From NCBI GenBank assembly GCA_002897895.1, contig BDSY01000106.1:1922-65921 (forward strand): a DNA stretch of 64,000 bases, written 5' to 3'. Made by a program: the position numbers and the translations under genes. The DNA is from a bacterium BMS3Abin06. GTDB lineage: Bacteria; Nitrospirota; Thermodesulfovibrionia; UBA6902. The notes below the pieces were generated by a model. It searched no databases, was not told the DNA's origin, and saw nothing but the letters and a program-made list of their open reading frames with translations. How positions within the stretch are numbered: position 1 is the stretch's first letter; every line of letters begins with the position of its first letter. This document shows positions 52,743 through 61,083 of the stretch, piece after piece.

Positions 52743-52900
52743 TCGTCAAGCTGGAAAGCAAAGGGCATGCCAGGGTGAAATATCATTGAATTTCAAAAGG
52801 TAATGAATAGCGGATAGATTTTGGAAGGGGTTATCAGGACATTTTGGCCTGCATATGATCAGGACATTTTGCCCCAGGGGACAATATGTACTGCAGGGGA
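52743..52900. repeat. conserved 5' element, copy 2 (upstream of the GT4-GDE operon)
   Basis: gcaaagggcatgccagggtg...tcaggacattttggcctgcatatgatcaggacattttgccccaggggacaatatgtac. Confidence 0.7.
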
Positions 52901-53007
52901 GGCAGTATAAGGTTTCAACTTGCGGTGATTTTCATAACATTCAGGTTAACTCGTAATAATCCGGCCATCAGCTTTCAGCGGTCAGTTCTCAGCTTTAAAA
53001 TAAATAA

Positions 53008-53316
53008 TCAACTCCCGCTATCTCCTTCATCCGTCCCCTCTGTCCACTTCTGCAGGGCGTTAATAATCTTTTTTGCCTGATCTTTGCTCGATATATTGAA
53101 TTTCGATTTCTGGCTGTAAACATCATTCCTTTTCTGATACCTGCGAATGGAGTAGCGGTCTTCACCGTATTTTTCATTCTTGCGGTTCCACTGCCGGTAT
53201 CTGAAAATAATCGTTGCCCATGCCCCTTTGGAAAGGACAATTTTATCAAGCTCCTTCACAATAAGGATATTATCTTCTTCGTAATTCATGGTTATATCTT
53301 CAACACTTGAGGCCAT
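53008..53316 (-). CDS. hypothetical protein (102 aa)
   Basis: RBS aaggaga precedes the ATG. No recognised motif. Confidence 0.45.
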   Translation of the reverse strand: MASSVEDITMNYEEDNILIVKELDKIVLSKGAWATIIFRYRQWNRKNEKYGEDRYSIRRYQKRNDVYSQKSKFNISSKDQAKKIINALQKWTEGTDEGDSGS

Positions 53317-53441
53317 GGTTTTCTCCTTTTCTCATGAGGTATTCAGAGTAAATAATTTCCCGGGAATCATATCTCAACATGAGTAAAATCCGGCATGGGA
53401 CCGGGAGGCTGATTTGATGCGACGTCATCTTTTTATTGATA

Positions 53442-54164
53442 TTATTTTTTGACGGTTGCCTGTTCCACAATCACGGCATATTTGTAACCACCGCCGAAGT
53501 CCTTATCCTTATACAGTGTCCCTTTAACTGTTACAATGTCTCCCTCTGAAAGAATGTCCTGTGATGTAACCGGAATATCATTGGTGCCCTTTGAAGGACT
53601 TCCGCTTCCGTCTTGTATGTGTATCCAGTTCTTTCCCATGATGTTGGCTGAAAATTTAACAACCTGACCTCTGACAACAACGTCTTTCCCGTCAAGCGCT
53701 CTGCTTTTTTCGTAAAGCCCGGCTACTGTGTATGCATCGGGCCCGGAGGCTTTCTTAACATTAATTATCATATTTACGGGAACTTTTGCCTGCTTGCGCT
53801 CCACAGGTTTACTGACAGATTCTGTTTCGTGCTGACCTGTAGCCCCACTTGAAAATACTATACTTTCGAATGTCCGCTTAAGGGTTTTGCTCGTAAAATT
53901 GCTCATGGCCATGCCGGGCTGAAAGGATATATCCTGCCCGACCGATACCTTCATTTGGGGAACAGCCACCCAGGTTTTTTTACCGTCTTTCTCGATGTTG
54001 ACATACGTGTAACCACTGCTATTCATCGTCTCCACGACCTTGCCGGAGAGAGAAGACATGCCCTGTTGAGCGACCGGGTTTTGTGAACCCGCATATATGG
54101 CAACGAGGGAAACTATCAGCAGCAATGTTATGGTTAATACAAATAATACCAAAAATCTTTTCAT
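53442..54164 (-). CDS. exported protein with signal peptide. C-terminal part is reminiscent of YgiW/BOF OB-fold stress proteins.
   Basis: N-terminus MKRFLVLFVLTITLLLIVSLVAIYA. C-terminus GKDVVVRGQVVKF...GDIVTVKGTLYKDKDFGGGYKYAVIV. Confidence 0.55.
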   Translation of the reverse strand: MKRFLVLFVLTITLLLIVSLVAIYAGSQNPVAQQGMSSLSGKVVETMNSSGYTYVNIEKDGKKTWVAVPQMKVSVGQDISFQPGMAMSNFTSKTLKRTFESIVFSSGATGQHETESVSKPVERKQAKVPVNMIINVKKASGPDAYTVAGLYEKSRALDGKDVVVRGQVVKFSANIMGKNWIHIQDGSGSPSKGTNDIPVTSQDILSEGDIVTVKGTLYKDKDFGGGYKYAVIVEQATVKK

Positions 54165-54165
54165 T

Positions 54166-54354
54166 TCATATCTCCTTTACACGGCCCACTTCTCCACTTT
54201 CCAGACGAACCTTAATCCCATGTGGATGCGCAGGTGAATTGGTTAAAATATCTTTTACAGTTCCTTCTGTCAGTTTCCCGGTCCGCTGGTCCTTTTTCAA
54301 TACGATTGAAACACGTAATCCCGGACTTATATCGGAACGTTTAGTTCCATTCAT
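54166..54354 (-). CDS. YwbE-like small protein (DUF2196)
   Basis: 62 aa. KKDQRTGKLTEGTVKDILTNSPAHPHGIKVRLESGEVGRV matches the remembered YwbE consensus. Confidence 0.6.
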   Translation of the reverse strand: MNGTKRSDISPGLRVSIVLKKDQRTGKLTEGTVKDILTNSPAHPHGIKVRLESGEVGRVKEI

Positions 54355-54465
54355 ACATTGTTCTCCTCTTAATTATTCTTCAGAGTGGAAGTTCCTCAAA
54401 ATCCCCTATAGCCGATGACATGGAAGGGATTAATATTTTTGCCATTTCTGTTTGACAAGAATTCT

Positions 54466-54900
54466 TTAAACGGGTATGCCGGATTCATTATTCTGAATGA
54501 GCAGCTTAGGGCCATCTTCAAAGAGGATTTTTATTTTATTAATTTGAATTATGGATAAAACTATCCCGATTCCGAATTTAGAGTGGTCTATTATCTCATC
54601 CTGTTCAAAATTCCCTTTTATACTATATTTTTTGGCATTAGAAAGATCAGCGCCTGTTAACCGGGATATATACTCATTGTAATTTGTTTTTTGAGATTTT
54701 GTTTTCCGGGAAGAGCTTTTTGATTTTGTGCGGTTTTTTTCAGATGGTTTGGCACGATAGTTGTGTTGTCCATTACAGGTATTACATTTAACTCTTTTAG
54801 GGAAATCATCAACCATGGCAATAATTGTATGACCTAATTCCAGTTTACATTTTGTACACCATGCCTCAATATCTCCACCTGCCGAGTAATTATTAATCAT
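54466..54900 (-). CDS. zinc-ribbon protein with C-terminal DUF3553-like domain
   Basis: CTKCK-x17-CNTCNG zinc ribbon. C-terminus HSKFGIGIVLSI...KILFEDGPKLL resembles the C-terminal domain of 44549-44764. Confidence 0.5.
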   Translation of the reverse strand: MINNYSAGGDIEAWCTKCKLELGHTIIAMVDDFPKRVKCNTCNGQHNYRAKPSEKNRTKSKSSSRKTKSQKTNYNEYISRLTGADLSNAKKYSIKGNFEQDEIIDHSKFGIGIVLSIIQINKIKILFEDGPKLLIQNNESGIPV

Positions 54901-55013
54901 TATATTTTTACCTTTTAAAATTTAATATTGTTATTTATAACTTCTTGCAAAAGCATGAAAATGCCTATCTCTGTTATTTCGGCCAAAGGGAAAAAACCTT
55001 TGATTCTTATCCG

Positions 55014-55205
55014 CTATTTATCCGTTACTCCAGGCGTGTCTCCAGAGGATCCCGGTTCAGTATTCATCGAGTCCGCTCCTTCGGCGTCTTGAGAACTATC
55101 CGTAACACTCTTTTGTCGTTTCAGTCTTTTCTCTTCCTGTTTTTTTTGTCGCTTCAGTTCTTTTTTCCGCTTATTGCTGCTGTACATGCCTGAACGCCTT
55201 GCCAT
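55014..55205 (-). CDS. small highly basic protein (63 aa, K/R-rich)
   Basis: Strong RBS gaggggagg 5 nt upstream. Low-complexity composition, so could be spurious. Confidence 0.3.
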   Translation of the reverse strand: MARRSGMYSSNKRKKELKRQKKQEEKRLKRQKSVTDSSQDAEGADSMNTEPGSSGDTPGVTDK

Positions 55206-55321
55206 AGTTGCCTCCCCTCATTGATTAACTTTTCTGAAAAATATTTATTATAGCCGAAATTCAACGGCAAATTATTGAAGAGTGTTCAAAGATTGAGAAG
55301 GAAGATGATTCAGTGACCTAT

Positions 55322-55353
55322 TGAAAAAGCAGGCCCCGGTTGACGGGGCCTGC
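55322..55353 (-). terminator. rho-independent terminator of cspA
   Basis: On the minus strand: gcaggccccg-tcaac-cggggcctgc followed by TTTTT. Confidence 0.75.
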
Positions 55354-55361
55354 TTCCGGGT

Positions 55362-55565
55362 TTACAGCTTTACAATATTTGTTGCCTTCGGACCCTTATC
55401 GCCTTCAACGATATCAAAGCTCACAGCATCGCCTTCGGCCAGGTTTTTAAAACCCTCTCCCTGAATCTCTGAATAGTGTGCAAAAACATCGGCGCCACCA
55501 TCATCCTGGGTTATGAAACCGAACCCCTTGGACTCATTGAACCATTTTACAGTTCCGTTTGCCAT
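55362..55565 (-). CDS. csp: cold-shock protein (CspA family)
   Basis: [38 protein letters not shown]1 and RNP2 motifs. Confidence 0.95.
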   Translation of the reverse strand: MANGTVKWFNESKGFGFITQDDGGADVFAHYSEIQGEGFKNLAEGDAVSFDIVEGDKGPKATNIVKL

Positions 55566-55786
55566 ACTAATTTCCCTCCTTACTTAATAGACCAAATTCC
55601 CATGGAATCCAGCACTTAATAAAAAAAGACCACAAAGTATAAAGTCTTTGCGGCCTTACTTATGACAAAAACTCCTAAAACTTCGTATCAATAATGGCAT
55701 CTTTTATTCTGAAAAGTCAAATGCCGATAACTTTCAGGGCCAAAAGCGAATTACCGGGGAGACGCCTGGAAGTCGAAGAAAGTATT

Positions 55787-55815
55787 CCTGCCCCGCAATA
55801 CGGTAGCGGGGCAGG
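55787..55815 (-). terminator. hairpin downstream of the protease gene (candidate terminator)
   Basis: cctgccccgc-aatacggta-gcggggcagg, a perfect 10-bp stem. The flanking T-run is weak. Confidence 0.4.
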
Positions 55816-55863
55816 AAATTTTACTCTGCAATCATGAAGATCGGTAAATACCGCAGCATAGTA

Positions 55864-58566
55864 TTACTGCCCTGTGCCGTTTAAATCTACATACAGATGC
55901 GGCGTATCCGGATCGTTGCTGTCTATGCCGATTTTCGCGTACATTAAACCCGTCTTTGTAGGTACGTACTGCGCCTCCATTGTGCAGCTTGCTCCCGGTA
56001 TCAGCGTCGTACCTCCGCAGGTGTCATTTTGCAGGCTGAACTGGTAAGGGTTCGGGCCTGTTAAATATACACCGCCTATAACAAGGTTCGATGCGCCGGT
56101 GTTGGATATCGTAAATACCTGAACCACAGACACGCTTCCTACAGCTACGATGCCGAAGTCCTTGCTTACCGGTGTGGCTGAGATATCAGGGCCCTGCACC
56201 TGAACGCCTGTTCCGGTTAAGGCTATATAAAGCTTTGGTGTATCAGGGTCATTGCTTCCAATGGCTATATCTGCATACATTGTGCCGGCCTTTGTAGGTA
56301 CGTACTGCGCCTCCATTGTGCAGCTTGCTCCCGGTATCAGTGTCGCACCTGCGCAGGTGTCATTTTGCAGGCTGAACTGGTAAGGGTTCGGGCCTGTTAA
56401 ATATACCTTGCGTAACACGAGGTCTAATGCGCCAGTGTTGGATATCGTAAATACCTGAACCGCAGACACGCTTCCTACATCTACGGTGCCGAAGTCCCTG
56501 TTTGCCGGTGAGGCTGAGATATCAGGCTCAACAACTGTTATACCTACCCCTGTTAATGATACTGTAAAATCAGGTGTGTCAGGGTCATTCGATGGAATAT
56601 TGGAACTGGAAACAAAGGTTGCTTCTGATGCGGGTGAAAATCTGTATGTGATGGTGCATGTTGCCGAGGAGACAAGGGTCAGGCCGGAACAATTATCTGC
56701 TGTTATGCTGAAAGGAGACAAAGGTAATGTGACTGAGCCGATTATCAGATCATTCACTCCAACGTTCTCTACAGTTACTATCTGATCTGATGAGTTGCCG
56801 ACAGTAACATACCCGAAGTCCACACTTGAAGGCGTCACTGAGATGTCAGGATCCTGCACCTGAACGCCTGTTCCGGTTAAGGCTATATAAAGCTTTGGTG
56901 TATCAGGGTCATTGCTTCCAATGGCTATATCCGAGTACATTGTGCCCGTCTTTGTAGGCACGTACTGCGCCTCCATTGTGCAGCTTGCTCCCGGTATCAG
57001 CGTCGCACCTGCGCAGGTGTCATTTTGCAGGCTGAACTGGTAAGGGTTCGGCGCTGTTAAATATATATTGTTGCCTATCACAAGGTCTGATGTGCCGTCG
57101 TTGGATATTGTAAATACCTGAACCGCAGACACGCTTCCAACAGTTGCGGTACCGAAGTCCTTGTTTGGAGGTGTGGCTGAGATGTCGGGGGCGGTGACCA
57201 CTCCGGTTAATGCATTGTAGGCATTTAATCTTCCACCGGTGGCGACTTTGCCTGAGAGTGAATTTATGGGATCAGCGGTATTCAGAACTCTGCTTCTTAT
57301 CTCAAGATTGCTGAATGCGGGGTTTAACGCCTTTACCAGGCCTGCTACTCCTGATACATGGGGGGTTGCCATGGATGTTCCGCTGTAAGAAGCATAACCA
57401 TTATTCCGTACTGTGCTGTAAATACTTACACCGGGCGCTCCGATATCAACCGAGGTAACACCATAATTTGAAAAGGATGCCAGTCCGTCCGTATCCGTAG
57501 TTGCCGCCACTGATATAAGATTTACGCTTGTATAGTTTGATGGATAATGAGCTATGCTATCATTGTTAGTGCCGTCATTGCCCGCCGCGCATACTACTAC
57601 TGCAGGAGAGGCGTCAATGGCATCCTTAAGCGCCTGGCTGTATCCTCCACCGCCCCAGCTATTGCTTATCACATCAGCTCCATTGGCATTTGCATAGAGT
57701 ATTGCTGAAATGGCGTTAGCTGTTGATCCTGAACCATTTGCATCCAGAAATTTCAAAGGCATGATAGAGGCCGTCCAGTTGACACCTGTGACTCCATTGG
57801 CATTATTTCCCTCTGCCGCTATTGTGCCGGATACATGGGTGCCGTGGTTGTTATCATCCATCGGATTATTGTCATTATTGGCAAAGTCCCATCCACGGCA
57901 GTCATCAACATAACCGTTGGCGTCATTGTCAATGCCGTCCGAGCAATTCGTTTCCCCGGTATTGGTCCAGATGTTGGAATTCAGATCAGTATGGTTATAA
58001 TCAACTCCCGTGTCAACAACGGCTATAACAACACTGCCCGACCCGGTTGTCAGATCCCAGGCCTCCGGCGCATCTATGTCGGCATCATTGGTCCCGCCTG
58101 TCTGCCCGGTGTTATTAAGCCCCCATAATTGACTAAAAGAAGTGTCATTGGGGAGCAGATCGGCATGCACTATATAGTTCGGTTCCACATACTCCACCTG
58201 GGGGTTCGCAAGATAATATTTCAGTGCCTGCCTCAGGGAAACATTCCCCGGAACCTTCACCTGTTGCAGCCCTTTTAATTTCCCGAATTCCTTCTCAATA
58301 ACCGAGCCTATTCGAGAATGGACTTGCTCTGAGACATCTGCAAGCAGAGCGGAATCCATGGCTATATCATTCCTGAATTTAACAATGAGTTCACCTTCAA
58401 TATGCTCAGCGGATAAAAGACTGTCAATCATGCTGACAGTATCTGCACTGCTGATATTCCCGGCCACTGCAATATTAACCGGGAAAACAAGACCGGCTGC
58501 TGCGCTGAAAACAAGCGCAATCAGGAAAAGATACGAATAACTTCCCTTATTTTTTTTCATTATCAT
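55864..58566 (-). CDS. secreted subtilisin-like serine protease (S8) with four C-terminal ~105-aa beta-domain repeats (choice-of-anchor-D / DUF1573-like)
   Basis: Signal peptide. Catalytic triad motifs VAVVDTGVD, HGTHVSGT, GTSMATPHVSG. Repeats DISATP..DFGTV.VGS....VFTISN.G...L......LTGPNPYQFSLQNDTCAG.TLIPGASCTMEAQYVPT. Confidence 0.9.
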   Translation of the reverse strand: MIMKKNKGSYSYLFLIALVFSAAAGLVFPVNIAVAGNISSADTVSMIDSLLSAEHIEGELIVKFRNDIAMDSALLADVSEQVHSRIGSVIEKEFGKLKGLQQVKVPGNVSLRQALKYYLANPQVEYVEPNYIVHADLLPNDTSFSQLWGLNNTGQTGGTNDADIDAPEAWDLTTGSGSVVIAVVDTGVDYNHTDLNSNIWTNTGETNCSDGIDNDANGYVDDCRGWDFANNDNNPMDDNNHGTHVSGTIAAEGNNANGVTGVNWTASIMPLKFLDANGSGSTANAISAILYANANGADVISNSWGGGGYSQALKDAIDASPAVVVCAAGNDGTNNDSIAHYPSNYTSVNLISVAATTDTDGLASFSNYGVTSVDIGAPGVSIYSTVRNNGYASYSGTSMATPHVSGVAGLVKALNPAFSNLEIRSRVLNTADPINSLSGKVATGGRLNAYNALTGVVTAPDISATPPNKDFGTATVGSVSAVQVFTISNDGTSDLVIGNNIYLTAPNPYQFSLQNDTCAGATLIPGASCTMEAQYVPTKTGTMYSDIAIGSNDPDTPKLYIALTGTGVQVQDPDISVTPSSVDFGYVTVGNSSDQIVTVENVGVNDLIIGSVTLPLSPFSITADNCSGLTLVSSATCTITYRFSPASEATFVSSSNIPSNDPDTPDFTVSLTGVGITVVEPDISASPANRDFGTVDVGSVSAVQVFTISNTGALDLVLRKVYLTGPNPYQFSLQNDTCAGATLIPGASCTMEAQYVPTKAGTMYADIAIGSNDPDTPKLYIALTGTGVQVQGPDISATPVSKDFGIVAVGSVSVVQVFTISNTGASNLVIGGVYLTGPNPYQFSLQNDTCGGTTLIPGASCTMEAQYVPTKTGLMYAKIGIDSNDPDTPHLYVDLNGTGQ
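55900..57190 (-). repeat. intragenic tandem DNA repeats (three near-identical ~330-bp units plus one diverged unit)
   Basis: Units at ~55900-56230, 56236-56525 and 56896-57190 are more than 90% identical. The unit at 56530-56890 is diverged. Confidence 0.8.
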
Positions 58567-59239
58567 GCCCTCCTTATTTTATTTTGAAATATTTGAAATA
58601 TAAGTATCTGCCAGTACCAAGCTGTTCGAGTATGAAGTAGACGTCTCTTCCCTTATTCTGAATTTAACCAGGAATACTTTTGTTTACAACATGTTATATC
58701 CGGGAAAAGACGAGAAGTTCACATTGAGAGTTCCGGATTGCCTGTTGACTGCCCGGGTACAGAAAAAAATATTTAATGCGTTTTCAGAGACTTCTACCCC
58801 CTTTCTTACAATTATTGTACGGATATTGTAAGGAAACTTTTACGCTCTCTTTATTAGAATTACTACAAGTTTTGTATTCAGTTTCGCTGTATTGGCTGAG
58901 GATGATAGAGATGTCAGGGAATCTTCTTTATGACTTTACTATTCTAACAATAAAATGGATATAAATGCAATACAAAAATTGCATCATGAAAAAACTATCT
59001 TAACCTGGAATGGTTGCCCCATTAGATTCCATCTAAATTGAGCGATATAGGCACAACCTTCAGGTTGCGTAGTTCGTCAGGATTTTTAACCCACCAGGCA
59101 GATGTTGATATACGCACGGACAACAAATTAAAAGAGGATGCTGACATGTTTAGGGGACATGGCTGAACTTAAAAGGCAGGCTTTTAATATCAGTATCAGC
59201 ATCCTCGGTACGGAGTATAACAGAATATTCTTTTGAATA

Positions 59240-59551
59240 TCAACTATCGATATCATCTTTTTTCTTCAACCGTTCCAGGTATTCCTCCCATTCAATGGGG
59301 AGGGCATGTTTCTTTTTATTATTGCACTCCTTACAGGCCGGGACAACATTATTCTTTGTTGATTTCCCTCCCCGTACGATGGGCACAATATGGTCCATGG
59401 TCAGCTCCCCGGGCAACACTCCCCTCCCGCAGTAATAACACCTTCCTTCAGCGCATTTCCGCTTCCACCACTGTGCCTTCCGAAGATCCCGCGCCTTCTG
59501 TTTTTCTTTCCTGATCTCCTGATCAGTAGCCGTAGAAATAAAATAATCCAT
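59240..59551 (-). CDS. small HNH endonuclease
   Basis: CYYCGRGV...LTMDHIVPIVRGG...NNVVPACKECNNKK, an HNH ββα-metal motif. Confidence 0.75.
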   Translation of the reverse strand: MDYFISTATDQEIRKEKQKARDLRKAQWWKRKCAEGRCYYCGRGVLPGELTMDHIVPIVRGGKSTKNNVVPACKECNNKKKHALPIEWEEYLERLKKKDDIDS

Positions 59552-59617
59552 TATGTTTCAATCCCAATCCAGCTAAGTGGAGCCCGGCCATTCTGCTATT
59601 CCCCTTTTTATCAGGAT

Positions 59618-60202
59618 TTATTTTAAATCTTCAAAATCTTCTCTAATTTTTTCAATTTTATTCCTGTACTCATTGCCGTCACCATACTCAAAAAATTTTT
59701 GATAGCGGCTATGAATAGTACCGATTCTCCTGGCATGCTTGATTGGACACCAGTATTGTTCGGTTCTGGCAGCTATTTCCTGAACATATGCGATCAGGCC
59801 ATTGAAGTACCCGCAATATACGCAATTTAACTTTTCTATTGCATTCAGATAGTTAAGAGCATGACGATCTATCACTATATAATCGTTTCGTTTCACTTTG
59901 GGGATTTTGTACACCGGAAAACATATGGCCTGATAAACTGCGGCCACCAAATCCAGAAAAATTGCCGGGACAAGGCAAAACCAGATCACCGGAGCCGTTA
60001 GTATATTTAACCATGCAGCATTGAATATATAAGTATAAATCCGGGTAACAAGCGTTTCATGGTATCGTTTGGTCGCTTCTTCAAATTCGACCTTTTTCCC
60101 ATGAATTTTATAGAAGAATTCCTCTTCTTTTTTCTGAATTTCCAAAGATAATCTTTTTTGAAGATTATTTATCTGTTCCATAATATCCTGTATATTTTTC
60201 AT
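59618..60202 (-). CDS. hypothetical membrane protein (N-terminal coiled coil, 2 TM, C-terminal Cys/His-containing tail)
   Basis: TM segments LNILTAPVIWFCLVPAIFLDLVAAVY. Tail NCVYCG...WCPIKH. Confidence 0.5.
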   Translation of the reverse strand: MKNIQDIMEQINNLQKRLSLEIQKKEEEFFYKIHGKKVEFEEATKRYHETLVTRIYTYIFNAAWLNILTAPVIWFCLVPAIFLDLVAAVYQAICFPVYKIPKVKRNDYIVIDRHALNYLNAIEKLNCVYCGYFNGLIAYVQEIAARTEQYWCPIKHARRIGTIHSRYQKFFEYGDGNEYRNKIEKIREDFEDLK

Positions 60203-60568
60203 ATCACTCCTTATAAAATGTGTATTTGTATCACTAAACTATTAATGTCCATATATTATGACAAACCCTGTAACAACTTACAGGGTGCGGGTATGAAAGA
60301 CAGTAATTCTCATCATAACAGATACCATACGGAATGTGTTCAATTAATATACTGATATTTTAAATAATCAAGAGGGGAATTACCGGCAGTGCAGGGGTTG
60401 GCGACCTCCCCCGATTTTTATAGAAAAATTTTTATAATAAAGCAGGCTTTTTTTAAAGATTTATAAATGGAAATCCGTTATTTTAAATAAATGAGCTTGT
60501 TATTCTCAAAAAAGAGCGGTGGTATATATGAAATTCCTAAAATAAAAAAAGGTATATCGGGGTGATTT

Positions 60569-61057
60569 ATGAAAAAAATCTCATTATATGTCTGGGTTGT
60601 CAGCTTAATAGTACTTCTTTCTATAAATACAGCAGCTATTGCTTCTGATATAACGGTAAGCGGTTCAGCTTACTTTAAATGCAATTTCAGATCGACTTAC
60701 ATGAAAAAACATGGTTATTATTTTATCGAAGAAACGTTATATCAAAGAAGCGCCAAAACAAATCTCTTTGCTGCAAGGGATGCCGAAGTTATTATAAAAA
60801 ACAATCACAACACCATTTTAGGAGTCGGGAAGACGGATAAAAAAGGGAAGTTCTCTATTTCCGTACCTGAGGACAGGAGTTATCAAATCGTCATCAGATT
60901 TCATAATCGTGAAATTGAAGATATAGTATCCTCTTCAGATGCAAAAAACTTTATTGCTGATTTAGGTTATTTCAGCACGGAAAAAGTAGGGAGCTGGATA
61001 GATTCCTATCAAAAACAATCCTCAAATAAAAAAAACAGGTGTTTCCATAACTGTTAA
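60569..61057 (+). CDS. hypothetical secreted protein in an AT-rich patch
   Basis: Signal peptide MKKISLYVWVVSLIVLLSINTAAIA. Local AT-rich composition. Confidence 0.5.
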   Translation: MKKISLYVWVVSLIVLLSINTAAIASDITVSGSAYFKCNFRSTYMKKHGYYFIEETLYQRSAKTNLFAARDAEVIIKNNHNTILGVGKTDKKGKFSISVPEDRSYQIVIRFHNREIEDIVSSSDAKNFIADLGYFSTEKVGSWIDSYQKQSSNKKNRCFHNC

Positions 61058-61083
61058 GAGCCTGTTGAACGAATTCTTCCCAG

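Noticed and set aside
58567-59239. tRNA or ncRNA in the 670-bp protease-HNH intergenic region
   Set aside because: No T-loop (GTTCRANYC) or anticodon-arm pattern was found by eye. Only an 11-bp stem hairpin (gaggatgctga...tcagcatcctc) likely terminating the HNH gene. Cannot exclude an sRNA without covariance search.
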